A stretch of 64,000 nucleotides of DNA from Lama glama. Lineage: Eukaryota. Under the pieces are notes generated by a model. It made no database searches. It was not told where the DNA came from and was given only the letters and a program-made list of their open reading frames with translations. The stretch lies in NCBI GenBank assembly GCA_028534125.1, contig CM052817.1, forward strand, positions 79,982,001 through 80,046,000. Direction: 5' to 3'. Positions 50,902 to 64,000 of this stretch are shown here, piece by piece (position 1 is the stretch's first letter; every line of letters begins with the position of its first letter). A program made the translations under genes and the position numbers.

Positions 50902-51445
50902 CAACTTGATAACTAGCTAATGCCAAGATGTTAAAAGTGCAGAGTAGAATAGAATGCTCATCCAGATTTGTGGAGAGCACTGATTTTTTTTCAAATCACC
51001 TTTACCAGGCAATAGACAGACAAGAATATAAATCTAAAACTGATAAATTTAGACCGTTTTTGTGTAGCCCAACCTGAACATAAGTTTAAGTACAGGGTTT
51101 TTTTTCTGGCATGTCTAAGATATACTGCTAGTTGACCAAACCAGGGGGAGACTAATGGGAAATACGTAAGAAAAAAATGAGTATGGACATGATAATATCC
51201 TCTCAACCACATCCCCTCCAGTCCTCAAAACAAAACTGATAAGCAAACATGGAGAAATAAAAGTAGAGTTGATGTTTGCTACCATGTCCTATTGAATTAA
51301 GGCTCGTATATCTAAACCTGTTTGAATCTTTGAAAACCCAAGACCCCATTCCTCAAACTGTTTTTCCCAAATGACCTGCAAATCCATCATTGGAGATCTG
51401 TTCCTTTGACATTAACACTTTCCGGATGTTTCTAAAATGCAGATA

Positions 51446-51600
51446 CAGTCTGTCTTCGGTATCCACGGGTTCCCCATCTGCGGATACGAGGGGCAGACTG
51501 GGCTACGCCATTTTCCATGAGGAGCTTGAGCCTCCGCGGATGCTGATATCTGCTAGGGATGCTGGAATCAGTCCCCTCTGCATACCCAGGGAGGAGTGTA
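51446..51600. mobile_element. Tigger/MER2-like MITE fragment
   Basis: TA-flanked cagtctgtcttcggtatccacggg..cggatacgaggggcagactg, with self-complementary TIR-like ends. Confidence 0.6.
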
Positions 51601-54600
51601 CCTCTGAAAGGAAGTGTGAATTAAATTGTGAGTGCAGTTTCTTCCCCAAAAGCTGAGCAGAAGGACTGGAGTTGAGGGGGGGAAGCTTTGAAAACTGGCG
51701 TAAATGTGGGGTGAAGGTGAGATGCTGGGATCTGACTCAGGGTTCTGAAGAGGACACAGGGCAGGGCGGTGTGGGGCAGACAGGACAGTGGCAGAAATGA
51801 GAGGGGTAAGGTGACTGAACACCAGCGTTTTCAGCTTCTCAGTGTTGCTGTGCTGTTTACTTGTGTTCTGTCTTGAGTTGTTTTCACCTGAAAAGGCCTG
51901 TTTTCCTGCACTTTTCTCATAATCCTGGAATAGCCTTCATTTGAAATGAGAGTCTTGATAAGAAACCAAGATAAAAACAGAATCTCTGCTTCTCCAGCGT
52001 GTGTGCTGCACACCCACCTACTCTTTGGCATCCTGCATATTTTGACAAGAAGGGTCCCAAGGTCCATGGGAATGTGTAACGTTAAGTGTATACTGTGAAG
52101 TAGTGAACCATGTAAAAACATACAGAAGAGAGAACATTTTATCCCAAGTAGCACGCACAGCATGTGGTGGCAGATGGTAAGGGAAAAAGTATGTGCTCGT
52201 GTACATTTTAGCATTAAATTCATTCCAGATGCTCTTATTTTGGAAAAAATGAAGGTAGTTAGAAGTGCTGGATCTACCCTTGGGCTTCTCCCAGGAGGTG
52301 ACTGCCTGCTTGCCACACTCTCTGCGTCCAGGCTCCGGAGGACACTGAGCCTTGAAGAGACCCAGGGACCCGCCCACTCCCACGTGAGCCAGAGATGGGA
52401 TCCCGGGCTGTCTGACGCCGTGCCCTGTGCCAGGGCACATATTCCCTGCAGCCCCCGTGAACTTGTGAAGCTCAAACGGAGGCTTCAGACCCTTTAGTTC
52501 ACCAGTCTCATTTTGTAGAAGACGACATTGTGGTTCAGAAAAGTAACTGATTGCCTGAGTGCACCTGCGGGTTCTTGGCCCCTGACTCCATGCCCTCTAT
52601 CCCTACCCTCCCGCAGCCTCCTGGCTCTCTTCCTTTCAGCCGGAGAACGCGTTCTGGGGCCCCCTTTTAGGCTACCTCCGTTTCAGAGTATTGACATAGC
52701 CAGCTTCTCTGAGGATTTCTTACGAGTTCCCAGGTTGCCTCTGGTTGTACTCTGGGGTATTGGAGCAAACCACCGTTCCTTCTCTTTTATGTAAACGGAA
52801 CTGTTGATTAAATGATACCAGATTCTCCTCTCCCACACTTTTCTGGGTAATATCTGGCAAGTGGATCCCCCCAGTTTGCCTTAATAAGCATGTTATTTAC
52901 TGTAGTGCTATTTGTGTGCAGTAAACAAATGAAGTAAGAATCTAATAACTCATTTAATTGTGGAAATCATGTAATTGGTACAGCAATGAAAGAACAGTTC
53001 ATGACTCATAGATATTACCACACCTTAGGAGCCTTTAAAGATGAGTTTGATGCCAAGTGACTTCAGCCTGGAAAAGGCGATAGCCTCTTGTGACATGGCC
53101 TGAAGGCTTTCGTTGTGTTTATAAAATGGCCATCGTGTAATTAGACTTTGACAATGGTGTAACCAGCAGGTTCTAAGTATTCTCATTCTGACTTATACTA
53201 TTTTAAATACATGGCCATGAGTTTTAAGTTTAATTTGAAAATAAATTGTTATAGATGTCATAAAACAAGAACCATCCTTTGTATATTATAAATATAAAAT
53301 TGACTTTGTTCATCTACGTGTTGATTCTCAGAAATCACTGTCAGCAATATAGAAGAGGGTGATTTAAGGTCTCATGTTATTAAAATCGTTATTTTCAAAC
53401 CACAAGATGCCTGCACAACAGGATAGTAACTAGACCTGCGCCATAGCCTTTGCTTGTTTTTCCAATTCCAGTTCGATTTTCGAAACACCCTGCTTGGGCC
53501 CCTCTGTCCTGTAACACATCTGTAAGAAGGCTGCCTGGAGCATGAGTCTATGACTGGGAATCAGAGCAAGGCAAATCGGCATGTCGGGACACAAACCTTA
53601 ACCTCATTAACTTGTTCTAGCCAAACAAGAGTACTTTGTTTTTGAACTTGTCATTTTCTGCACTCTGAAATCAGGGATCTGGTTTTATACTTGTGTGTTG
53701 TCAGTGCTAAATAAATACTTAATGCTTGGTTGTTTGCAAAATAATTCAGAATAACGATTATCAATGTAGAATTTTGGTTGGACCCCTGGGAACTGCAGTT
53801 GTGGCACTACGATTTTCAGTGTTTCCTCGTTGTCTCCGTGGTTGGGGGTTAGCTGTTGCATCTACTGTCTCAGTCAGGTTGTTTATAGCCGTAGAAATTC
53901 AGGAGAAGACTAAAGAGAAGTGCTGAGTGCCGGAGAACCTCACCCATGGAGCCGTAGACTGTAGTTCTTAGAAGCCAGACTAGTCCCATTCTAAATTCCT
54001 TTGGAATATTCTTATTTTGAAGAGATTTGGAGGGCCTGGAGGCAGCAGCTAGCCGATACTCTGTGTTGAATTCATTTCTTGTCTCAGCTGTCCTCTGTCA
54101 CTACCTGCATAGGGCGATTTATGAGTTGACCAGTGTATCCTTAATGCTTACTTATTCATTTACAAAGATCAGTAGTGTATATGTTTGCATTTGTTTTGTC
54201 AAAGGGCTGTTTATCTCCTCATATTAACTTACCCTCTGAATTGAATGATCCTGTGGAATTCTGAAGTGTAAGGTACACAGATTTGCAAGATACTCTGGGG
54301 GAAAAATTTTTTTCAAATTTATTTTATTCTTTTTAGGGAAATTTGTATAAGAATGATATTGCTAGATTCTATGAGTTGCTTATTCTCTGTTCATGATTTA
54401 GGCACTTTGAAAAGATACACCTTAAAGTAGAAACTATGACTTCTCCATATAAATAAACATTATGAAAGGCTTGTAGGTTTCACTCAAGGAATTTTCACTA
54501 AATATCAGCTGATGGTGAAAACATTCTATATGGACCTTCCCATAGGACAGCTCCTCCTCATGGGCCACACGCTGTATAAAGCCTGGTTGAGGTTTACAGT

Positions 54601-54641
54601 TCTCTTGGTGCGGTAACATACATTTAGACACTTGGTCAGAC

Positions 54642-55222
54642 TTTTTTTTTCCATTGAAGCATAGTCAGTTTACAATGTTTTGCTGATTTCTGATGTACAG
54701 CATAGTGATTCAGTTATCCATATATATATATATATATATATTCCTTTTCATACTCTTTTTCATTATAGGCTATTGCAAGATAGTGAATATAGTTCCCTGT
54801 ACTGTATAGTAGGACCTTGTTGTTTATCTGTTTTACATATAGCAGTTAGTATCTGCTAATCCCAAACTCTCAATTTTATCCTTCCATCCTCCCCTCCCCC
54901 CCGTAACCATAAGCTTGTTTTCTATGTCTGTGAGTCTGTTTCTGTTTTGTAAATAAGTTCAATTGTGTCTTTTTTTTTTTTTTTTAGATTCCACATATAA
55001 GTGATATCCTATAGTATTTTTTTCTCTTTCTGGCTTCACTTAGAATGACGATCTCCAGGTCCATCCATGTTCCTGCAGATGGCATTATTTTATTCCTTTT
55101 TATGGCTGAGTAGTATTCCATTCTGTCAACATACCACAGCTTCTTCAGCCAAGCATCTGTTGATGGACATTTAGGTTGCTTCCATGTCTTGGCTATTGTA
55201 AATAGTGCTGCTATGAATATTG
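54642..55222 (-). mobile_element. L1 3' end with internal (TA)n, antisense in FGF2 intron 1
   Basis: Poly-T then attgaagcatagtcagtttacaatg..gctatgaatattggggtgcatgtatc. Confidence 0.88.
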
Positions 55223-55539
55223 GGGTGCATGTATCTTTTTGGTCTTACCAGTTTTATCAGATCTTATCAGTCTTTTAATGAAGATGATTATATGTAACAA
55301 AATTGTATTTGGAAAATATTTTGGAATCTTAGAAGTTAGCTATTAGCATTTTTTAGGGTAATCTATAGAAAGGTGAATCATTTCATAGGGTAATTAGTTT
55401 AAAACTCTCACTACAAATTCTATTTTGTTTTAAAAGCACTAAGATTTTTATCATGTAGTGTGTGATATAAAATTCCTCAGGTTTGCTGTGCATTAGTTGT
55501 TCATTCTTTTGGGCCAAGAGCATATAGCATCCTGTACTC

Positions 55540-56660
55540 TCCTCTTCTACTTCATCTCCTTTTCTTTCTTTAACTCTGGATTTTGCTCCCAGTATTCTAC
55601 TTGAATCATTCTGGACCTCAGCATTCTTCCAGTTCCATCACGTTTACTTACCCAATTTGTCATCTTGCTTCTGACATTTGATACCACTGTCTGCCTCTGT
55701 CTTCCTGAGAATTCCTTGGCTTCTGTAACACCATATCAACCTTGTTTCCTTTCATCTCATCCAATTGTCTTTTCCTCTGGGTTCTCCTTCTTTTGGTCTT
55801 TTGCTTTCGTATTCCCTAAGGCTCTGTTTTTGGCCCTTTTCCCTTCTGTGTACTCCTGTTCCTTCAGCAGATCGTGTATTGTCTCCATCTCTGATTTCCC
55901 ATCTGTGTGTTAGTTCCGTGTTTCTTGCTGCTGGAAGGACAGATACACCTCCACAGCCGCAACTCAGCCTGTGTGAAATGGAGCATCATTTCCCCAAACT
56001 AGCATTCTTCCTACAAATTTGTTTGTAGTGAAATTATTCTTTAGTCTCCAAAGCTAGGCACCTTGGCGCCTTCCCTGCCTCAGTGACTTTTCTTTGCCCT
56101 CGCTCTAGATTTCCTCGTCCTTTACTTATCTATGATCAGACTCTCTCTGACTTTCCCTCTTAAATGTGAGCTACCTCAATCTTACTTCTCGCTCTTTACC
56201 ATCCACGCTCCCCTGATGCTGCCAGAGTTCTGTGCTTTGATTACAGTCTCTAATCTGACAGAACCATCACTATTGCAACGATTGGCCTTTCCTCATGTGA
56301 TCCTTGTTTTTGAAAAATCCTTCTTTTTCTTATTAATTCCTCTCTCACACCCTCTTCCCACTCCCATCTTTATCTGGAAAAATATTTTAAGAGCAGGCTC
56401 AACAGTCTTCCCCTTTGCAAAACTTCCTTCTACCTTTCCCAGGGAGAATTTAGTCTTTCTACCTCTGTTTTCCCCATAGTGCTTACTACATATTCTTCTG
56501 CAGAACTTAATGATTTTTGTTGTAATTAATTTTGTACATATTTGTCTCCTGTGCTGGGACTGTGAGCTCCTTGTAGGCAAGGACTGGGTCAGATGTTCTG
56601 TCCTCCCACAGTGTCCATTCAAAGAATGTGTGTTAAGTTCAGCATGTACCCAGCACATTA
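55540..56660 (-). mobile_element. Degenerate L2 fragments
   Basis: Pyrimidine-rich, with gactgtgagctccttgtaggcaaggactggg L2 3'-end motif at ~56558. Confidence 0.55.
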
Positions 56661-58973
56661 AGCCAAGTCTTCTAACTTCCTTTCTGTCTACTCACATCCT
56701 CCTTCTCCTCTTAGCCTTTAATTGGCTGCCTTTCCCTGAACAGGAAGGTCCTCTCAACCCTCTTACCTGATCTCAGTCCTGGGCATATGTCAAGCCCCAT
56801 TTCTTTCATACCATCTGGTACTGTTTTTCCTGCGTACTATCTCAGAATTCTCTCTAATAGCTTGGTGTGTTTTAACTTCCTGTCCTTCAATTTTATTGGA
56901 AATTCCTAGTTGGCAAGGATTTAAAAAAAAATTAAACAACATTACTGAATTATCCTTTAATCTCTTTTCTACTGAGTCCTGAGACTGGACTTACCCTGGG
57001 GTCCCCTTGGCTCCTGCTAAATGAATGACCAGGCTGAGGCCCATGAAGAGGTTCAGTCCACATTGTCAAATGAGCTAGAACTCTCAAAAAAAAAAAAACA
57101 TAAATACTTCAGTAGGAAGGGTGTAAAATGGATAAACTGAATGTAGCATCACTGTGGTTCCTTCTGCAGACATCTTTCATATTATTCAAAGGAAGCAATA
57201 AAGGGTAAAACATAATCATTTATTATGATGACTTTTTACTGTGGAAGTCTTCTTTTTAGCTGTTGAATAACATGTCAATATTTCTAGCCAATTCCAGAAC
57301 TAGTTATAATCCTATACTAAATAATGCAGATCTGAGAATTCATACTTGAATCAGACATTTTAATCCTTAAATCTCTCTCTCAAGTCTAAAACCAGTGAAT
57401 CATTTTATAAATTAGGGTTAAGAACTGTCTGGTACCACTGTTAGTAGCCCTTTTGGCTGTAAGGAAATGGCACAAATAGTTTCATCCTAATATTCATTCA
57501 GATTTATGAGCCAGTATTCGTCACAACAATCTGAAAACTCTCAAAAGGATAGAAATTGTATGACAAAGTGAGTCATAGTCTTTGTGATGTGATGTCTGCA
57601 AGGGTGGGTGGGAGAGATTGCTGAATGACCAGTCTCATTCTACTCCTTTCTAAGCTGAATCATTTTGCAAATAGAAAACAATTCATAGGTTGTAGGTGGT
57701 CATAACATAAATAGGAAATGGAAAGGAGTAACAGTCGTACAATACCTTCATTTAAAAAATTAGTTTTTGGAACATAACACTTGATGAAAAGTCTGTTTTG
57801 AATTAGAAATGAAGTTAATCTACTGCCTAATATGTATCTTTTATGTCTGTCACATGTCTTCTTGATATATTTTCATTTTTCTATTAATTTTCTTTTCTTG
57901 CCTAGCTTTTTTAAAAAATTCTTTCATGTCATTTGACCTTTCTCTTCATAGCTATTTGTAGCTTTGGCTCATTTGAAGATTGCGTGTGTGTGTGTGTGTG
58001 TATGGGGGAAGTGTCATTTATTCACTGGCTGGGTGACTACTTGAACTGGATGGGGACTCAAGAAGAAAGTCCCTTTCATCTTGGAAATTCTGAATCTGAG
58101 ATGATGTAATCCTGCATTCTGCATAGTTGGCCCTCTTTTCTTTTTGTCTCACTGGAAGCAAAAATTTGGAGAGCCTTTTTTTCTAAGTCAAATTTAATCT
58201 TTAATCTTTAAATGTAAGATTGATTAACCTTACTTTCCTATCTTTGAGGCAAGGCATTTGTCAAAACAATTATGTGAGAAGATAAATATTCTATTTTGAG
58301 TATGTTTCTTAGTTTTAAAATATCTTGCATAATATTTACAACCCAACAATTTATATTATATTCCACTAATATAATGCAAGTAAAATTGGGAAGGCAGTCT
58401 TGCTAACTGGTTTAGTAGAGGACACTAATATATGAAGAAGACATGTAACAGATGTTGGATTAAAAAATGAGTTACAGCAGTACCTTCATTGGTTACAGGG
58501 TGGGAAAAGTGAGACACAGTTGTTTTGGAGAGAGGGTATTAAAGCCATGAAGAGGTCTTGGGGTCTCTCCAGCCCTCACCAGACACCTAGGGAGACTGCC
58601 ATGGCAACTCAGCAAAGTCCCTGAACCTTTGTAGAGGAGGGGCCAGTTGTTTGGCCTTCCCTTATGTATTCCTAGGACCTTATTTACTGAGTGTTTTTTG
58701 AATGAGTGAATGAATGCTGTTCTTCAGAACAGGCTCTGTCAGCTTTACAAAGAGTATATTGAATCTTCTTACTATCTTATGAAAAAAGTATCATTATCCT
58801 CATTTTACAGGTAAGGGAGGAGTTTTTGCTATTGGTTTTTCAAAACATGATCTCTTTGTTTGTGACAAGTAATTAATGTGCCTTCCAGACTTAGTGTTTA
58901 GAATACAGGCTCATGGGCAGAATTCCAGATGGACAGGGTAGCAGAAATTTGAACAGAAATAGTTTAAAAAATA

Positions 58974-59130
58974 GGAAAATATATACAAAATCTTGTGGTA
59001 GCTCACAGTGAAAAAAAATGTGACAATGAATATATGTATGTTCATGTATAACTGAAAAATTGTGCTCTACACTGAAATTTGACACATTATAAAATGACTA
59101 TAACTCAATTAAAAAAATGTTTAAAAAAAA
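58974..59130 (+). mobile_element. Short young L1 3' tail, sense in FGF2 intron 1
   Basis: Reverse complement of the tail type at 6200 and 22.9 kb. gtttaaaaaa on both sides. Confidence 0.85.
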
Positions 59131-59971
59131 ACCTCTTCCTGTAACCTTTACTATGTCTAGCAGAGTTAAGATCTCTGCCATCTTTTCTCCCACTCCTTTA
59201 TTGCATTCTTTTTTGTTTAGAAAATATTTCTGTCATGATTTAGTATGAAACAGTCCATTAATACTGAGGGGTTGTTTTCTGAAGAACTCAAAGATTTTTA
59301 AGTGGCATATTTAATTTAAAAATTAAAATAGAGGTAATAGGATATAATTAAGAATAAAAACTATGTAAGAGTGGATTGAACCTTAAAGACAAGGTCTGAA
59401 AAATTAAAATGCAGAATAACTAGGGCATTCAGAAAATGCAAAGGGAATAACTAAAAGAATGTTTAAAAAGTATAGTTAGGTCCTTTCAGGGAAATTTGAA
59501 ATAGGCTCATTATTTAAGGACATTTAGTATAAGATTAAAAAAAAAATACCAAAAGAAAAAAATCAGATGTCCTTGGACTTGTTTTATTTAATCTTCTTCA
59601 CCAAGTGAAATTGTCAGTCAACTAATAGACTGTCTAGTATGTGAGGAAATTAAGACTGAGATAGAAAAAGAGAGATGAAGAAAGAGCTTAGCTAGACATC
59701 TAGAAATGTGTCTAAAATGAAACTCCTTTCCTTGACTTTCCCCCTTTTTTGACTCCTCTGTATTTTAAATTTATAAAATTTCTTGCCAGCCAGGCCCACC
59801 TCTTGTAGTAAATTTCTACCCTTCATGTTCCTCAGCCCTCACGTCCACTTCTCAAGCAGGATGCATTTTAGTTCTGCTGCGCCTCTGACACTCACGCTGT
59901 CTCTGCATTGTTGCTGCAGCTGTTCTAGTTCTGTCCCTGACTGTTGGAACTTCCTTCTAACCGATCCCATC

Positions 59972-60333
59972 TGTATGAGTTTGCCATGGCTGCTGTAACA
60001 AAATAAACAGACATTTATTTTCTCATAGTTTGGAAGGCTGGAAGTCCAAGGTTAAGGTGTCAGCAGGTTTGGTCTTTCTGAGTCCTTTCCTTTTCTGGCA
60101 GACAAACGCCGCCTTGCTGCCTTTTCACATGGTCATCTCTCCGCACACATACAGATTTCCTCTTCTTGTAAGGACACCATTCAGATTGGGTTAGGGCCCA
60201 CCCTGATGGTGTCATTTTAACTTAATCACCTCATTAGAGGCCCTGCCTCCACATACAGTCATTGTCTGAGGCGCTGGGACTTAGGGCTTCAGCATATGAA
60301 TGAGTGGGTGGGGACACAATTCAGCCCATGACA
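59972..60333. mobile_element. MLT1A-like MaLR LTR
   Basis: tgtatgagtttgccatggctgctgtaacaaa..ggctggaagtccaagg..ggacacaattcagcccatgaca. Confidence 0.85.
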
Positions 60334-60945
60334 CCCTGTAATCAACTGGATATTGTTCTTTGGCAGAGTAATCTTTCAGAAGAGCAGCTTTGATCTTATT
60401 TTTTCTCTCTTCAGAAGAACATTATGGGCTTGAAAGAGTCCAGTCTGCTGGTACACACATTGCTTAGAGATGTAGGCACTGTTCAAAGTCAATGAGAATT
60501 ACAGAGAATAGGAAAGTGACCAGCAGGTGGGTGGTTGTCTTAGATATCAAAAAGTGGGATGAAGGTATTTTCTCAAAACTGTAGTAGGTAGTAAGCTGGA
60601 TGTAGGCCCTTTAAAGAAAAATTCCAAGAGGCCTGAGGATACTGAATAAAGAAAATAACTGAGAAAGCAGTAAATAGCATAATAATGTAATGGAAGAGTG
60701 GTAACATACATGGGCTTAATATGTTGATTTCAGTGAAACATCTGACCAGATTTCCCATAACAACCTTCTTCAGAAGGAGCACGTTTTCTCTGGGAGAGAG
60801 TCTAGAGTTTTCCATGTTTGGGCTTCTTAGGCCAGGGCCCAAGAACAGAATCACCCTTGATGAACTGGAAGTATGCTCTCCCACTAAAAGGTAAAAAATT
60901 AAAGATAAATAAAATTGGTGATACGGAAGTTTTCTTAATAGATAA

Positions 60946-62774
60946 CTGACTCTATTATCTAATTACCACCCAAAAGTAAAGCTTTAAATTCTAATAATAA
61001 TTCGAAGTTATAATCTTTTGCTAGACCCTCCACCCGACTTTAAACAGCAGCATAGCTAACATCTTCATACAGCAGTAGAATTCATTTAGTGATTTACATG
61101 TATGTTTTACAGCTCAAGTAATTTTTCTTGGAAGCCATTGCAGGAAGTTACGTTACTCAAAAAGTAGAAACTCTTTGAGTGTTTCAATGAGATTAAGGGG
61201 AAAAAAGAAAACTAGTTGGCATATCTGTTTGGTTACACCTCTTTTGAGTATTTTCCAGACTTATTTTTAACCGTGTGAATGATGTGGAACAGTAGAGCTT
61301 TTATGTTGTAGAATTCTGAAGAATCTTGGCTTTGCCTGTGATATGACCTCCAGAAGTGGGTGGGTATTCCCATCAGGCACCTCGGTTTTCCTCCAGAGAG
61401 CCTAATGCTCACCAGCCTTAATGACAGTTAAAGCACATGGTTTTGCTCTGTATGTAGGCAAGAGAGCAGAACCTTTTATAAGTCCTGCTATGGGAAATAG
61501 TATTTACTGGAGCCCCACTCAAGGATATACAGTACATCTTTCCTCCAGGTTGGGGACTTTAACCTGGGTGGTTCACGGAAGAGCTTCAGGTTTACATAAT
61601 TCCTTGAAAATACATGCAAAATATCGTGTCAGGGTGTTTTTCTAAGAGGATACCTAACCTTTTTTCAGATTCTCAGAAACTTGTCCATGTCCCAAAATAT
61701 ATTAAGGACATTGCCACTGATAACTGAAGTATATCTTCTAATTAACTGGACCATCAGTGGGAGAAGCAATTTGAATGTGTTGGGGTGAGCCTGTAGTTTA
61801 TGGTGAGTGATTTTTGAGAGTAACATCTCTGTGAAACTCATCTCTCAGTTAATTCTAAGGAGTATTTAAGGCTGCTCTTGTATGTAGTGCCCACTCTTGA
61901 GAGAAATTTCTCTCTGGTAACTCTGTCAGAACTAGTTATGCTTCTTCTTAGTGGCCAGTTTGTTTTAACCCAGTTTAATGGACTCTGGAAAACCTGTTAT
62001 TGCTCCTGGCTTCTAGAAAGCCAAATACGTGATCTCCTTCTAGCAGGTATAATAATCTCAGTCCTGGCTTCACCAGTTTTCAACTCTTCTTTTCTATTTG
62101 CCTTATTTAAAAGCCATTAAAAATTTTTTTTGTCTTGGTATATTGTCAGTATCTTTGTAACTCATGTTAAATATTATTTGGGATCAGATAAGTTATACCG
62201 CAATGAAAAATAGTGTACTTACTGATTTGTTATTTTAACCACAGAGTGGCTGCTATGTCGTCATATATAGCGTTGGGTGCTAGGGATTAAAAGTCAAATC
62301 AGATAGGCCCCTAACACCTGAAAGTAACACAATATTGTAGATCAACCATACTTTAATTTAAAAAAGGCTCCTGCTCCTTAAGATGTGTACTGTCTGGCAG
62401 GACAAGAAAGAGCTGTAAGTCAGTAAGGGCCCTGAAATGTCACAGCTGCTTTGCTTGTGTTGTGTCCTGTGGGAAGAGTGAAGTCATATGAAGGAAGACA
62501 GTCGATTCTAATAGGAAAGTCAGAAAGGGCTTCCAACAGGAGTGACTGCTGAATGGAGTGTTAGGAAGCAAGTATGTGCTTGCCAGGCAGCTGACTGTTA
62601 CCTAATTACCACCAAAAAGTGATGCTTTACGTTCTTGTTATAAACAAAGTTACACTATATACTAGGCCCTCTACCCAACCTTTAACAGCTATGTGGCTAG
62701 TAGCCCCATAAAGCAGGAGGGTTCATTTCGTTATTTACATAGATGTTTTGCAATCAACTAATTTTCCTTGGAAG
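60946..62774 (+). repeat. Diverged ~190-bp direct repeat pair: 60946-61134 and 62591-62774
   Basis: Colinear blocks ctgact, ctaattaccacc.aaaagt, gcttta, aagtta, ctag.ccctc.accc, ttcattt, atttacat, atgtttt, cttggaag. Roughly 70-75% identity by eye. Confidence 0.85.
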
Positions 62775-63504
62775 GTACTATTTTCTGGGGTGTGTGAATA
62801 TGAAGGAACAGAGAGAGGAGAAGTAACCATCGGTTCCTGTCTTGGGAGGGTGGAGCTGTGGGTGGGGTCTTTGATCATCGGTCACACAGGGGAACGCAGC
62901 ACACTAGCGGACTGACTGCTGATGAGCAGCGCTCAGGCCTGTGCCAGCTCGTTAGAAGGAACCCACTTCTCACGCACTCCATCCCCTTGGCTTGTTTCCA
63001 CTTAAGTCCCAATCAGAGATGCGTGGCCTTGATCATTATCAATATAACTGCTTTACTCTGCTTTGGGAAATGATGCTTAATTAGTACTTGAAAGTAGGAC
63101 ATTATTTCTAATTCACTAAGTCAAAGCACATCATAAATCTAAATCTAAATCTATTCTGCAAATGTATTTTACTATTCTAAGGTGAGAGGATAATAACTGT
63201 TCTTTAGAAAACTATGCTGGTGGAACAGTGACTTGGGAAAGATGTGAAGGGGCTGGATGGGGTCACAGAGGGATGGGTTAAACTTCATGGAAGCAGTAGG
63301 GATAGGAGGAGAGCAGTGCTGGTGCAGTTTGGACTGACCCTGTGGACCGGGTTTGATGCACGGGGGCAGCAGTGCTCACGGCAGGTCAACCTGACTGGAG
63401 TCTCATCACAGAGGCTCGCCCTGCTGTGTGAAGATGCTGCCTAGGGCAGTGACTCAGCAGATGCTTATCTCCCAATGATCTGGCAAGCCAGTTTTTAAGA
63501 GGAC

Positions 63505-63930
63505 TGCATTAGTCAGGGTTCTCCAGAGAAAAAGAACTATTAGGAGCTATATCTGAGACAGAGTGGGGAGGAGGAGAGGGGCAGGGGGAAGGAGAGATTT
63601 TTTTTAAGAAAGTGGTTCGTGTAATTTTGGAAGCTGACAACCTGTCAGGATGGAGACCCAGAGAACCCATGCTGATGCTGTGGTTCAAGTTCGAAAGGTC
63701 ATCTGCTGGCAGAATTCCTTCTTACTCTGGGGAGGTCAGTCTTGTTCTACCCAGGCCTTCAAGTGATTGAATGAGGCCACCCACATTGTGGAGGACAATT
63801 TGCTTTACTCAGAGTCTGTCTGTTTAATATAAATCTCATTCAAAATCACTCCAACGGAAACATCCGGAATAATGTTTGACCAAATATCTGGGCACTGTGG
63901 CCCAGCCAAGTTGACACATGAAATTAACAA
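63505..63930. mobile_element. MLT2-like ERVL LTR
   Basis: attagtcagggttctccagagaaa..aataatgtttgaccaaatatctgggcactgtggcccagccaagttgacacatgaaattaac. Confidence 0.88.
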
Positions 63931-64000
63931 TCCCAGGGCCCTTGTTGGCATAAATCCTAGACTGGCCTGAGTGCTCAATCCTGGCTTGGATAGGACCACT

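Larger units (their letters stand above)
48485..64000 (+). other. FGF2: FGF2 intron 1 (partial)
   Basis: Starts at the GTGAGT donor. No exon-2 coding sequence (IKLQLQAEERGVVSIK) was found downstream in the window. Confidence 0.9.

Noticed and set aside
51831..52475. 214-aa antisense ORF in intron 1
   Set aside because: No recognisable domain and random composition. The known antisense gene NUDT6 overlaps the FGF2 3' end, outside this window.
61155..61180. Small hairpin actcaaaaagt-agaa-actctttgagt
   Set aside because: 11-bp imperfect AT-rich stem, expected by chance.

Overview
This is mammalian, AT-rich, repeat-dense genomic DNA. It is most likely camelid, based on four tRNA-derived SINEs resembling the Vic-1 family and young L1 3' tails of one type. 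The only protein-coding gene I can support is the 5' end of FGF2 (basic fibroblast growth factor) on the + strand. It has a CpG-island/TATA-less promoter (~47.6-48.9 kb), a GC-rich leader with in-frame CUG starts, exon 1 CDS 48307-48484, and the first ~15.5 kb of intron 1; exons 2-3 lie beyond the window. The upstream ~47 kb is intergenic and consists largely of L1, L2, MIR, MaLR/ERV solo LTRs and MER DNA-transposon relics, with one 500-N gap inside a young L1. Nearly all ORF-track entries are spurious or L1 ORF2 debris. The most interesting signals are four: (1) a ~240-bp, ~89%-identical inverted duplication early in FGF2 intron 1 that could fold the pre-mRNA; (2) a remodelled FGF2 leader in which the 34-kDa CUG frame is closed and an AUG-stop element plus a 28-codon AUG uORF precede the CUG starts; (3) an old ~190-bp direct duplication in intron 1; (4) a nested LTR cluster 15-19 kb upstream. 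I found no evidence of a wholly new multi-gene system. Repeat family names and human FGF2 comparisons are from memory and need RepeatMasker/alignment confirmation.
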